Part shown: positions 18,541 through 28,232 of the stretch, piece by piece | Position numbering within the stretch: position 1 is the first letter of the stretch | How the letters are laid out: each line of letters opens with the position of its first letter | Origin: an uncultured Anaerolinea sp. | GTDB lineage: Bacteria; Chloroflexota; Anaerolineae; Anaerolineales; Villigracilaceae | DNA: 64,000 bases | Direction: 5' to 3' | Assembly (NCBI GenBank): GCA_964555335.1 | Contig: CAZKSG010000001.1 | Coordinates: 7,336 to 71,335 of the forward strand | Notes under the pieces: generated by a model | The model's database searches: none | What the model was told of the DNA's origin: nothing | Seen by the model: only the letters and a program-made list of their open reading frames with translations | Program-made: the position numbers and the translations under genes

Positions 18541-19489
18541 TGAGTACCTTTGACGAATACTTTAATAATTCCATGCCTTTGGGGGGCATCAACATCCGTA
18601 ACGTGCGTGCTTGGACTTTGATCTCGGTCGTTTGTGTGGAACCGCGCGGTTCACCGTCGGTCTGGATCCAATAGGGCGAATCCGCTTCGACGCGCAGGCT
18701 CTTGAACGTGATCCGCCGCGCCATCTCAGATGTGACGTGATTGCCGCGCCACATATCGTAGGCATGGCGCAGCGCGTCGCCGAGATGGCTGCCGCTGAAC
18801 AGCCACATGTCGAGCAATCCATCGTCGATGTAGGCATCTGGCGAAAGCTTGGAATAACCGCCGAGATAATGGCGGATATTCGTGGCAACGGCAACGATGA
18901 ATTGACCTTCCACTTCCTGCCCGTCTGCCCATAAACGCAAATGGACGCCGCTCCACTGCGCGGCCTGCCAGATGGTCCTGGCGGTATATTCCGGCATGTT
19001 GAAAAATTTTTCCAGGCGAATGCGCGGCTCCATGGCTTGGATCGTCAGCGCGTCCAGCCCGATGCCTGCCCACATCATGAACGAAAATTGATTACACGTC
19101 CCCACGTCAATGGAATGGATGGGCGCATTTGCAAGTATCGATGCATTTTTTTGCAGCACCCAGGGACGGGCCCATGTGAAGGGACGCAAGCCCAGCTCGA
19201 TGCTCCACACGTTTGCCGTCCCTGCAGGCAGAACACCCAGCGCCGTCTCGGAGCCGATCAACCCGTTGACCACGTTGCCGATGGTGCCGTCACCGCCAAC
19301 TGCGAAAACTGCGTCTTTTTTCTCAGCCGCGGCCTGTTTCGCCAGTTCGATGGTGTGTGCGCCACTTTGGGTCGCTACTGCATCGGCTTGCCACCCGGTA
19401 GATTCCAATTGTTTTACTGCAGAGTTAATGAACGGTTTGACAGAGAACCGCCCTGCTGCAGGGTTATACACGATCACAGCACTTCGCAT
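18518..19489 (-). CDS. Diacylglycerol/lipid kinase family protein (YegS/BmrU-like)
   Basis: NP.AG at the N-terminus and the GGDGTIGNVVNG catalytic loop. I chose the ATG at 19489 (MRSAVIVYNPAAG). The longer ORF would run into a GC-rich palindrome. Confidence 0.85.
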   Translation of the reverse strand: MRSAVIVYNPAAGRFSVKPFINSAVKQLESTGWQADAVATQSGAHTIELAKQAAAEKKDAVFAVGGDGTIGNVVNGLIGSETALGVLPAGTANVWSIELGLRPFTWARPWVLQKNASILANAPIHSIDVGTCNQFSFMMWAGIGLDALTIQAMEPRIRLEKFFNMPEYTARTIWQAAQWSGVHLRLWADGQEVEGQFIVAVATNIRHYLGGYSKLSPDAYIDDGLLDMWLFSGSHLGDALRHAYDMWRGNHVTSEMARRITFKSLRVEADSPYWIQTDGEPRGSTQTTEIKVQARTLRMLMPPKGMELLKYSSKVLNERSPAF

Positions 19490-19609
19490 GAGAGGATTAT
19501 ACCGCCCTCGACCCCCACCCGCCTTTGGCACCCTCCCCCATTTTCCGACTGAACTTCAGTCGGTATTGGGGGGAGGACGGGTGGGGGCAGTGTTATAATC
19601 TTTTTTGCC

Positions 19610-20698
19610 ATGAATGAGGGAACTGTTCTCAATAATCGCTATCAGTTGCTCGAACGTCTGGGACGAGGTGGGATGTCAGATGTCTTTCGCGCACGCGATC
19701 TGATGCTGGAACGGTATGTGGCCATCAAAGTTCTGCATGAGCATTATTCAGACGATGAATCGTTCCAGAAGCGTTTCCGTCAGGAAGCGCGTGCGGCGGC
19801 GAATCTTTCACATCCCAACATTGTGACGGTCCATGATTTTGGGTTCGACCAGAATCAACTCTACATTGTCATGGAGCACGTTCCCGGCAAAGACTTGAAG
19901 ACCCTGCTTCGTCAGCGTGGGCGTTATTCTGTAGAGGAAGCCATCCCGTTGATCGTGCAAGCCTGCGCGGGGATCGGGTATGCCCACCGTGCTGGACTTG
20001 TCCATTGTGATATCAAGCCGCACAACATGATCGTCACGCCCGATGCGCGTCTCAAGGTCACTGACTTTGGTATTGCCCGTGCGCTGTCTACGATCATGCC
20101 AGACGAACGTGCAGATGTTGTTTGGGGATCGCCTCAATATTTCTCGCCCGAACAGGCCGTCGGTGAGCCGCCTTCGCCCGCGTCGGATGTATATTCGCTC
20201 GGCATCGTTCTATATGAAGTGTTGACCGGCGCGCTTCCTTTCACGGCTTCCTCCAGTGAAGAGCTGGCACGCATGCACCTGGAAGAGAATCCCATTCCTC
20301 CCAGCGAATATGTGCCGGATATCCCCGAAGCCCTGGAAGAGATCGTGATGAAGGTCCTTTCAAAGGAACCAGCCGCGCGGTATCGTACTGCAGATCAGTT
20401 GGGGCGTGTCCTTCTGCGCTTCGGTACGCAGCGTGATATTCCCGCCACGCCGGCGATGAACCTGACCCCTGAAGTAGTGACCACGTATCGACAGCCGGAG
20501 CCTCCTGTCACCAAGGCGACCGTTCCTGTATATCAGGAACCCCGGTCTCAGCCTGTGGAACCGGTGTATTCTGCGCCTGAGGTCTCCTTCTCAGAAGTGG
20601 ATTGGGCCGCAGTAGGGTTGGGATTGCTGGCACTGATGACCGTAGGCGGACTGGTTCCGTTCTGGATATATATTTACTTCTTATACAATCCTCGTTAA
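19610..20698 (+). CDS. Ser/Thr protein kinase with C-terminal TM anchor
   Basis: Hanks motifs GRGGMSDV, AIK, HCDIKPHN, DFG and SPEQ. C-terminal hydrophobic helix (VGLGLLALMTVGGLVPFWIYIYFLY). Confidence 0.9.
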   Translation: MNEGTVLNNRYQLLERLGRGGMSDVFRARDLMLERYVAIKVLHEHYSDDESFQKRFRQEARAAANLSHPNIVTVHDFGFDQNQLYIVMEHVPGKDLKTLLRQRGRYSVEEAIPLIVQACAGIGYAHRAGLVHCDIKPHNMIVTPDARLKVTDFGIARALSTIMPDERADVVWGSPQYFSPEQAVGEPPSPASDVYSLGIVLYEVLTGALPFTASSSEELARMHLEENPIPPSEYVPDIPEALEEIVMKVLSKEPAARYRTADQLGRVLLRFGTQRDIPATPAMNLTPEVVTTYRQPEPPVTKATVPVYQEPRSQPVEPVYSAPEVSFSEVDWAAVGLGLLALMTVGGLVPFWIYIYFLYNPR

Positions 20699-20702
20699 GC
20701 AG

Positions 20703-20738
20703 GGTGACAGTCACTTTTAAAGTGACTGTCACCTTTTT
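20703..20738 (+). terminator. Rho-independent terminator
   Basis: Perfect stem ggtgacagtcacttt / aaagtgactgtcacc followed by TTTTT. It ends 8 nt before the rpe ATG. Confidence 0.75.
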
Positions 20739-20745
20739 AATTACC

Positions 20746-21405
20746 ATGAACAAATACGTACTCTCCTCTTCAATTCTTTCAGCAGATTTTACAAAACTCG
20801 GTGAACAGATCGCTGAAGCCGAAGCCGCTGGTGTGGACTGGCTCCACGTGGACGTGATGGATGGTCATTTTGTGCCGAACATTACGATGGGACCATTCGT
20901 TGTGGAATGGTGCCGCAAGACAACCCAACTTCCACTGGATGTACATTTGATGATCGAGAAGCCGGAACGGTATATTGATGCTTTTGCCAAAGCCGGCGCC
21001 AGCGGACTGACAGTCCACGTGGAAACATGCCCAGATATGTACAATACGCTAAAGCAGATCAAGTCGGCAGGATGCTGGGCAGGCGTAGTTTTGAATCCGG
21101 CAACGCCTGTCAGCCAGATCGAGCCTTATCTGGCGGAAGCAGGCCTGGTTCTGGTGATGAGCGTGAACCCGGGGTACTCGGGACAAAAGTTCATGCCCGA
21201 GTCCATTGACAAGGTGGCAGCGATCCGCAAGAAATTGGATGCGCTGGGTTCCTCTGCCTGGCTGGAAGTGGATGGCGGTATTGACGTTAACACACTGCCG
21301 AAGATGAAGGAAGCCGGTGCTACGGCTTACGTGGCGGCCACAGCGATCTTCAAGAATACGAAGGGGATCGGGGAGGGGATTCGTTCGTTGAGAGAACTTC
21401 TATAA
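20746..21405 (+). CDS. rpe: Ribulose-phosphate 3-epimerase
   Basis: SILSADF..L, H.DVMDGHFVPN, H.M and VNPG..GQ.F motifs. The start was trimmed to the ATG at 20746. Confidence 0.9.
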   Translation: MNKYVLSSSILSADFTKLGEQIAEAEAAGVDWLHVDVMDGHFVPNITMGPFVVEWCRKTTQLPLDVHLMIEKPERYIDAFAKAGASGLTVHVETCPDMYNTLKQIKSAGCWAGVVLNPATPVSQIEPYLAEAGLVLVMSVNPGYSGQKFMPESIDKVAAIRKKLDALGSSAWLEVDGGIDVNTLPKMKEAGATAYVAATAIFKNTKGIGEGIRSLRELL

Positions 21406-21477
21406 TCTTGGAAGTCTTACAGTAAAGCCGCTTCTACTGCGTGCTTTGCACTCCGCTCAGCGAGAGTTGGGCTTAAA

Positions 21478-21503
21478 ACAAAAATCACGACGCGAGTCGT
21501 GAT
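21478..21503 (-). terminator. Rho-independent terminator of rpmB
   Basis: Stem atcacgac / gtcgtgat with loop gcga. On the minus strand it is followed by TTTTTG. Confidence 0.6.
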
Positions 21504-21527
21504 CCTTGTTTGTGGGGAAAGACAAAC

Positions 21528-21713
21528 CTAGGCGGCGACTTTGCCCATCGCCTTGATGCACTTGGCGCACAGGATCTTGTGGACCTTGTGACCCTTTTCC
21601 ATCACGATCGTCTTCTGCAGGTTGGGGCGGAAGGTACGATTGGTGGCGCGCTGGGAAAAGGAGCGATTATGCCCAAAGGTGGTGGTCTTGCCGCAATTTG
21701 CACATTTAGCCAT
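21528..21713 (-). CDS. rpmB: 50S ribosomal protein L28
   Basis: MAKCANCGK...FGHNRSFS.RATNRTF.PNLQK is the classic L28 sequence. Size 61 aa. Confidence 0.9.
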   Translation of the reverse strand: MAKCANCGKTTTFGHNRSFSQRATNRTFRPNLQKTIVMEKGHKVHKILCAKCIKAMGKVAA

Positions 21714-21874
21714 TCTGAAGAACTTCCTTTCTTGCTATAATTCCGAGTGAAACGAGTAGTGCGAGTACAATTACCTTTCTTGAAGGCACGGCATTTTACC
21801 ATACATCGCAACCTTATTCAAGGCAGGATGTTAATATAGTATGCCCGCAATGGGCACAGACACGAGAGGAACCT

Positions 21875-22231
21875 ATGGGCGAAGAAACGACATCATTGGG
21901 TGGGATCCACATCTCCCCGGGCGCGGTGGCGACCATCGCGTATCATGCGACCCTGCAATCCTATGGCGTGGTGGGGCTGGCACCCAAGAATATCGCGGAT
22001 GGCATCGTCAACGCGATCACGCGTGAGCCTGCTAAAGGCATTTCCGTGAACTACAACGGCGAGGATATCGATATCGAGATCCACATCATCGTGGAATATG
22101 GAACGCGCATCAACTCGGTGGCGGAAAGCGTGGGCAACACGGTCCGCTATCAAGTGGAGAAGGCGCTCGGACTCAAAGTGAACGCGATCAACGTACATGT
22201 GGCGGGACTGCGTGTCAGCAATACGGATTAG
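21875..22231 (+). CDS. Asp23/Gls24 family envelope stress protein
   Basis: Size and the I...A...A....GVVG pattern. It shows the conserved synteny rpmB <> asp23 - yloV. Confidence 0.8.
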   Translation: MGEETTSLGGIHISPGAVATIAYHATLQSYGVVGLAPKNIADGIVNAITREPAKGISVNYNGEDIDIEIHIIVEYGTRINSVAESVGNTVRYQVEKALGLKVNAINVHVAGLRVSNTD

Positions 22232-22267
22232 TACCGCTTGTGGCGGCACAAGGAGCAGAGAAACCTG

Positions 22268-23935
22268 ATGGCAGCAGATACCGCACGTGTAGAAAAATTA
22301 CGACAACAATCCATTAACGGACAATCCGTCAAGAGGCTGGTCGAGGCCGGCATGACCTGGCTGCGCACGAACCAGCAGACCGTGAACGCGCTGAATGTAT
22401 TCCCCGTCCCAGATGGCGATACAGGGACGAACATGGTACTCACCATGCAATCGGCGTGGAATGAAGTGAAGGACCTGGGGCATCGCGGCGTCAGCGACAT
22501 GGCAGCGGCCGTATCGAAGGGCGCGCTGATGGGCGCACGCGGTAATTCGGGCGTGATCCTTTCGCAGCTGTGGCGCGGGTTTTCACGCGGTGTGCATGGT
22601 CATGCCGTGTTGGATGGTGCAACCCTGGCGAAGGCATTCGCCGAAGCGCGTGACACAGCTTATAAAGGCGTGGTTCGCCCGGTGGAAGGGACGATCTTGA
22701 CTGTCGCCCGAGGTGTGGCCGAAGCAACGGAAGAGGCGGCAAAGTCCACGAATGATGCGATCACCATTTTGGAAGTGGCCGTCAAGGCGGCGGATGAGTG
22801 GGTCAATAAAACGCCGGAGATGCTCCCCGTCCTCAAGCAGGCGGGTGTGGTGGACTCAGGCGGCAAAGGTCTATTCTTTATCCTCGAGGGAATGTTGCGC
22901 CATGTGTATGGTGAGTCGTTAGAGACACCAACGATCACTGTCCAACCGATCTCCAGCATGCAAATGCAGGATGCGATGGAGACAGTTGAAGAAGGACAGG
23001 ATTATGAAGTGGTGGTGGATTTCATGCCCGGCGGTGATTTCGAACTGCACAAGTTCTATGGACGACTCGAAGAAATGGGCACGTCCATTCAGGTGGGCGA
23101 AGGGGATGGCATGTATCGCATGCACATCCATGTGCCGCTCGAGAAACGGTACGAGCCGATCGATTACATCATGGGCATCGGCACGATCACCAAAGTGGCC
23201 ATGGAAAACCTTCTGGCTCAGATGGACGACATCCAAAAGAGCAAAGCCAGTCGGATCGAATTTGCAGCCGTCGAGCCAGGGCAGATCGCGGTCATTACAG
23301 TTTCCCCCGGTGCAGGTTTGAGCCGCATTTTTGCAAGCCTCGGCGTGGCGGCAGTGGTCGAAGGTGGACAGACGATGAATCCATCCACACAGGATATTTT
23401 GAATTCATTCGAGAACCTGCCGACGGATAAGATCATCATTTTGCCGAACAATAAAAATATCGTGATGGCAGCCAACCAGGCGAAGGATGTGACGGTCAAG
23501 CAGGTGATGGTCGTTCCGAGTCGGACCGTCCCACAGGGGCTGGCGGCCATGCTCTCGCTTCAACCCGACGGGGAGCTTGATTCCGTTGCCGACAAGATGA
23601 CCAAAGCGTTGAGCCATGTCATCACCGGTGAGATCACGGTGGCCACTCGTTCTGTGGAGATCGACGGTGTCAAGGTGGAAAATGGACAAGTGATCGCCCT
23701 GCTGGATGGCAAGCTGGTTGCCTCGGCTGGTTCTGTGGAGGAAGGTTGTCTTGCATTTCTCGAAAAGGCCAACGCTGAGGAGCACGAACTAACCACGTTG
23801 TTCTACGGCGAGAACACGACCCATGCCGAAGCCAACCGCGTGGCAGATGCGATCCGTGAAAAATATTCCAACCTGGAAGTGGAAATACAGGAAGGCGGAC
23901 AACCGCACTATCAGTTTATTATTTCTGTGGAATAA
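22268..23935 (+). CDS. yloV: DAK2 domain fusion protein YloV
   Basis: N-terminal DAK2 block (LN.LNVFPVPDGDTGTNM, RGNSGVILSQ) plus a C-terminal DegV-like half. The ATG at 22268 follows AGGAG. Confidence 0.85.
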   Translation: MAADTARVEKLRQQSINGQSVKRLVEAGMTWLRTNQQTVNALNVFPVPDGDTGTNMVLTMQSAWNEVKDLGHRGVSDMAAAVSKGALMGARGNSGVILSQLWRGFSRGVHGHAVLDGATLAKAFAEARDTAYKGVVRPVEGTILTVARGVAEATEEAAKSTNDAITILEVAVKAADEWVNKTPEMLPVLKQAGVVDSGGKGLFFILEGMLRHVYGESLETPTITVQPISSMQMQDAMETVEEGQDYEVVVDFMPGGDFELHKFYGRLEEMGTSIQVGEGDGMYRMHIHVPLEKRYEPIDYIMGIGTITKVAMENLLAQMDDIQKSKASRIEFAAVEPGQIAVITVSPGAGLSRIFASLGVAAVVEGGQTMNPSTQDILNSFENLPTDKIIILPNNKNIVMAANQAKDVTVKQVMVVPSRTVPQGLAAMLSLQPDGELDSVADKMTKALSHVITGEITVATRSVEIDGVKVENGQVIALLDGKLVASAGSVEEGCLAFLEKANAEEHELTTLFYGENTTHAEANRVADAIREKYSNLEVEIQEGGQPHYQFIISVE

Positions 23936-23948
23936 AAAGTTTAAACAC

Positions 23949-23998
23949 AAAGGACACAAAGTCTGCTAAGGTTTTTTCTAGCGAACTTTGTGTCCTTT
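23949..23998 (+). terminator. Long-stem hairpin after yloV
   Basis: aaaggacacaaagt ... actttgtgtccttt (14-bp stem, 22-nt loop) between convergent genes. Confidence 0.5.
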
Positions 23999-24010
23999 AT
24001 ATTTAATTAG

Positions 24011-25006
24011 TTATTGTCCATTGACGATCTTTGTAGGACCGCCAGCGCGGGCTATCAACACATTTTCCACCCCGGGAATATCGCGCAATCGTTTTTCGAT
24101 GATATGAGCTTCCGTTTCAGGACATATCACGTGGACATTCGGTCCCGCGTCCACGGTGTAACAGGCTGGAATGCCTTCTGTTCGCCAGGTACGGACCTTT
24201 GTCATCACTTCGAGTGAGGCGGGTTTCCAATAATGCAGCGCAGGTGTGGATGTCATCATGACCGAATGCATTATGTCCGAATCCAGTTCAACGATTGAAG
24301 CAAATGCATCGAAGTCTTTGTTGAGGATGGCATTGCGACAGATCTCCAACCGACGTGGGGCATCGGCAACTCGTGCTGCCTGTAATGGGCTGGTTGGCGC
24401 AATGGAATGTCCTTCAGTGGAACCGGTCTTTTTGTGAGAAGCGCTGACGATGGCAACACAATCCACAAGTTTCCAGTGATCGACATCTGCAATGGAAAAG
24501 GCAAACGAATCTTCCTCGCTCTCACCGGACTGCCATTCTACGAATCCGCCGGGGATCGATCGGGCAGCGGAACCCGACCCACGCCGCGCGAGACGCGAAA
24601 GATCCTTCTCGCCGAGGTTCAATCCCGCCGCTTTACTTCCGGCTAATGCCAACGCTGCAAACGCCGAAGCCGACGATGCAATTCCCGCGCCAGATGGGAA
24701 GTTATTTTCCGTCACGATTTCGGCCCGGTCATGCACATTTGCCATGCCGCGAATGATATCGAGAATGTAGGAGACGCGGTCTAGCCCTGCACCGATTACT
24801 TCGTTTCCGTTGATGATCAATTCATCAAATGGCAGCGACGGCTGAAAACTAACCGCGGTTCGCGTGTATAGCCCATCCATGTTCATGGAGATGGAGCCAT
24901 TCATGGGGAGGCGCAGAACGTTATCGCGGTTGCCCCAATATTTGATGAAGGCGATATTGGGCGAAGCTTGGGCGGTGGCTGTCCTATGTGGGGATGATAT
25001 GGTCAT
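24011..25006 (-). CDS. mvaD: Diphosphomevalonate decarboxylase
   Basis: ASPNIAFIKYWGNRD, GAGIASSASAFAAL (GHMP kinase motif) and SGSAARS. Confidence 0.9.
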   Translation of the reverse strand: MTISSPHRTATAQASPNIAFIKYWGNRDNVLRLPMNGSISMNMDGLYTRTAVSFQPSLPFDELIINGNEVIGAGLDRVSYILDIIRGMANVHDRAEIVTENNFPSGAGIASSASAFAALALAGSKAAGLNLGEKDLSRLARRGSGSAARSIPGGFVEWQSGESEEDSFAFSIADVDHWKLVDCVAIVSASHKKTGSTEGHSIAPTSPLQAARVADAPRRLEICRNAILNKDFDAFASIVELDSDIMHSVMMTSTPALHYWKPASLEVMTKVRTWRTEGIPACYTVDAGPNVHVICPETEAHIIEKRLRDIPGVENVLIARAGGPTKIVNGQ

Positions 25007-25022
25007 GGAGCGATAATACCAC
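24968..25022. repeat. Direct repeat copy A (functional mvaD 5' end with start codon and leader)
   Basis: By my manual alignment, 46 of 55 positions are identical to 26442-26496. Confidence 0.8.
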
Positions 25023-25078
25023 TATCGATCTAAAACATATGTGATTCAGTCAATTGGTGTATGAGCCTGTACGTCTGT

Positions 25079-26290
25079 CTATCGCGGGAGGTTTGACGCA
25101 AGAGACTGAAATCGCAGGATGGCATCGAAGACCCCGAAACCAACACCCTGAGCAAACTGGTTGATCTCGACCATGTTATGCGCCAGGAAGATGAGCACGG
25201 AGTTGTCACTGGGATCGGCCTGCCACCATCCACCCCATGCACCTGGCCAGCCCACCGAACCGATCCCACCACCACATATAACCGGATCAGCCTTCTCAGG
25301 ATCGAGTACGACCGCAACCCCCAGTTCGAATCCATGCCCTGCACTCAGTAATGTTGCATTGCCACGCTGAGTCCCGGTCAGGTGATTGGATGTCATCAAT
25401 CTGAGAGTCTCCGGCCGTAACAGCCGCACACCGTCCACTGTGCCTGCGCCAACAAATAGGCGGGCAAAGGCAAGGTAGTCATCCAGGGTGGACCAAAGCC
25501 CGCCGCCGCCACCTTCGTATTTCATATTCTCAGGTCGCTCCGGGAGAGTCGAATTTCCTGTGGCGGTGAGCCGTTTTATTAAACGCCCGGCTTCGTCGAA
25601 ACCGTACATCCCTGCTCGTCGGTCTCTCTTTTCCTTCGAGACAGTGAAGCCGGTGTCTTTCATTCCGAGAGGATCGAATATCCGCCGTTTGAGAACGTCG
25701 CTTAGTGATGCATCTTCGATACGCGCCAGGAGCAGGCCGAGGAGGTCGGTTGAGCAGCCATAGTGAAAACCGAAACCTGGCTGGTCAATCAAGGGTAGGG
25801 CGGCCAGTCTGGTAATCCAATCATCGGGCTCTACATAGGTGTCCACCTCACCTCCCAATGCGTCTTCATAAGCAATTGAGATGGGTCCCGTATGAAATGC
25901 ACCGTAGGTCAGTCCTGATGTATGCGTCAGCAGGTCACGAAAAATGATCGGTCGTTCTGCTGGGACTGTTTGGTCGAAGGTCCCGTTGGGAGAGCGCAGA
26001 ACACGCATGTGCGAAAACTCTGGCGCCCAGCGCGTGATCGGATCATCCAGCGCGAATCTTCCCTCCTCGAACAGCATCAGTGCTGCCGTAGATGTGATCG
26101 GCTTGGTCATAGAGGCGATACGGAAGAGAGTACCGCGCTCGATGGGCAGTTTGGACTCCACGTCCCGCCAGCCAACAGTCGCAACCTGGACTACCTTACC
26201 GTCACGCCATATCAGGGTTGCTGCACCGGCGAGGGTACCAGCATCGACCATCGATTCAATGACAGTTGCGATTGGATTGTCTGGTTTCAT
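25079..26290 (-). CDS. Serine hydrolase (beta-lactamase / class C PBP-like family)
   Basis: SMTKPITS (SxxK) at about residue 60, a YGA/YxN-like region, and a size of about 400 aa. Confidence 0.85.
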   Translation of the reverse strand: MKPDNPIATVIESMVDAGTLAGAATLIWRDGKVVQVATVGWRDVESKLPIERGTLFRIASMTKPITSTAALMLFEEGRFALDDPITRWAPEFSHMRVLRSPNGTFDQTVPAERPIIFRDLLTHTSGLTYGAFHTGPISIAYEDALGGEVDTYVEPDDWITRLAALPLIDQPGFGFHYGCSTDLLGLLLARIEDASLSDVLKRRIFDPLGMKDTGFTVSKEKRDRRAGMYGFDEAGRLIKRLTATGNSTLPERPENMKYEGGGGGLWSTLDDYLAFARLFVGAGTVDGVRLLRPETLRLMTSNHLTGTQRGNATLLSAGHGFELGVAVVLDPEKADPVICGGGIGSVGWPGAWGGWWQADPSDNSVLIFLAHNMVEINQFAQGVGFGVFDAILRFQSLASNLPR

Positions 26291-26441
26291 TTTGGCATCT
26301 TTGTGCAGTAAAAGAGAGTTTTGTTTTCATAAAGGTGGTCAGGTTGGAAAAAACACATCTGCTAATCATACATTTGCCGCTACAACGAGTCTTACTGTCA
26401 ATTCAATCGAGTTTTCAGTATGACTGCTTAATAACGCTATG

Positions 26442-26496
26442 TTGGGCGGTGGCTGTCCCACAAGGAGAAGATATGGTCGTGGGGAGATAATACCAC
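26442..26496. repeat. Direct repeat copy B (decayed copy of the mvaD 5' end, ATG changed to ACG)
   Basis: Same orientation as copy A and 1474 nt away, in otherwise non-coding sequence upstream of the serine hydrolase gene. Confidence 0.8.
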
Positions 26497-26852
26497 CGCT
26501 TTCGCTGTTGTTTTATGATTTGCACTGTCTATAAAAATATAAGTCAGTACATCCTGAGAAAAGGGGGCGTTGGAATATGGCGGGATAACTCTGCAATGTT
26601 TTTAATATGTAACCTTTACCCTAGCTGACAACTTTTCGAAATGCGATACGACTATTCCGGTATGGGAGTACTCGCTCTGTTCGGGCATCGATTCAAGAAT
26701 TGGAATATGGGCGGTATCTTGTTCGATTTTGCAATGTGTTTGCAATGCGAAGTCTGCATGCGAGTGCCTATTGATGTGCGGGTCCTATGCTGCGTGTTGC
26801 CTGCAAGAAATATTCCGTTTTATCAAAGTAAATATTTTTTAGAGAAGATATT

Positions 26853-28220
26853 ATGCGATATGTAATTGTTGGTTCTGGAGTGGCTGGGATCGCAGCCATT
26901 GAAGCGATCCGTTCTGTGGATAAATCGGGAGAGATCATACTGATTGGAAATGATCCGCATGGTTACTATTCCCGCCCCGGGCTTGCCTATTATTTGTCGG
27001 GCGAGATCCATGAACAGGCGTTGTTTGCAAAACGTGCCGAGGATTTCCAAACGTTGCATGTCCGATACATTAAAGGGCATGTAAAAGGTGTGCTTCGCGA
27101 TCAGCGTTGCCTGGAGCTTGAAGGATACGGCTATGTGCCGTACGATCGTTTACTCCTTGCGCTGGGTGCGGCTGCCATCCCATTGGATATGCCCGGTTCC
27201 AAACTGAATGGGGTACTCAAATTGGATCGTTTAAGTGATGCCCATACGATCGTAAAGCTGGCAAAGAAAGGTAAGACGGCCGTGGTGGTGGGAGGCGGAA
27301 TTACAGCCCTTGAACTTGTCGAAGGACTTATGGCAAGAGGCATGAAAGTCCATTATCTCTTGCGGGGGGACCGTTACTGGAGCAATGTGCTTGATTATCT
27401 GGAGTCGAAAATCGTTGAACAACGGTTACAAGAAGAGGGCGTAAAGCTGCATTACTTTTCAGAGATCACTGAAATTGCGGGAAAACACAATCATGTTAAT
27501 TCAGTTCGCTTAAAGGATGGAACCAGTATCCATTGTGATCTTTTGGCTTATGCCATTGGCGTTCAACCTCAAACCCATTTGGCCAGGATGGCTGCCCTCG
27601 ATGTTGACCGTGGAATCCTGGCGAATGAGCGCATGCAAACGAACGACCCCAATATCTTTGCGGCCGGAGATGTGGCCCAGGCGTACGATCTGAGTTCCAG
27701 ACGTTGGGTGGTGGACAGTTTGTGGAACACTGCCCGCGAGCAGGGGATGATCGCGGGATGGAATATGGCGGGTTTGAAGAAGGTGTATTTCAAATCTGCG
27801 CCCCTTAATGTGACCAGGCTGGCTGGGCTGACAACAACCATCATCGGGATGGTTGGACGCGGAAGGGACGAAGATTTGGCCGGTATCGCTCGCGGAGATA
27901 GTGAAACGTGGCGTCAATTACCTGATGTGATGGTGGCGCAATCTGGTTTTGAAGTGAATCGTCTGCGCGTAATGGTGGGGGAGCAGACATTGATCGGCGC
28001 AATTGTCATGGGTGACCAAACCCTTTCCATGCCTCTGGAAAAGATCATTTCTAACAAGGTAAATATTTCCCGCATACGAAACGCTCTTCTGTCACCCAAT
28101 GCAAATATTTCAGACGTACTGGCAACGTTCTGGGCGAACTCCACAGATCGTGGGTTGTATTCGCAGCAAATCACCATCCCCAGAAATTCGGCTTTGAGTC
28201 AGCGAGGTATCCTGCCATGA
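26853..28220 (+). CDS. FAD-dependent pyridine nucleotide-disulfide-type oxidoreductase (NAD(P)H-binding)
   Basis: N-terminal IVGSGVAG dinucleotide fold, a second VVVGGGITALE fold, and the AAGDVA motif. No signal peptide or TM segment. The stop lies 12 nt before the cytochrome gene. Confidence 0.85.
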   Translation: MRYVIVGSGVAGIAAIEAIRSVDKSGEIILIGNDPHGYYSRPGLAYYLSGEIHEQALFAKRAEDFQTLHVRYIKGHVKGVLRDQRCLELEGYGYVPYDRLLLALGAAAIPLDMPGSKLNGVLKLDRLSDAHTIVKLAKKGKTAVVVGGGITALELVEGLMARGMKVHYLLRGDRYWSNVLDYLESKIVEQRLQEEGVKLHYFSEITEIAGKHNHVNSVRLKDGTSIHCDLLAYAIGVQPQTHLARMAALDVDRGILANERMQTNDPNIFAAGDVAQAYDLSSRRWVVDSLWNTAREQGMIAGWNMAGLKKVYFKSAPLNVTRLAGLTTTIIGMVGRGRDEDLAGIARGDSETWRQLPDVMVAQSGFEVNRLRVMVGEQTLIGAIVMGDQTLSMPLEKIISNKVNISRIRNALLSPNANISDVLATFWANSTDRGLYSQQITIPRNSALSQRGILP

Positions 28221-28232
28221 AAAAGGAGGAAG

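Noticed and set aside
25318-25335. A tRNA T-arm-like string GTTCGAATCC.
   Set aside because: It lies inside the serine hydrolase CDS. There is no flanking acceptor or anticodon stem complementarity, so it is coincidental.
26641-26865. A 74-aa Cys-rich ORF upstream of the FAD oxidoreductase gene.
   Set aside because: It has no ribosome-binding site, it overlaps the start of the downstream gene in another frame, and its composition reflects an AT-rich intergenic region.
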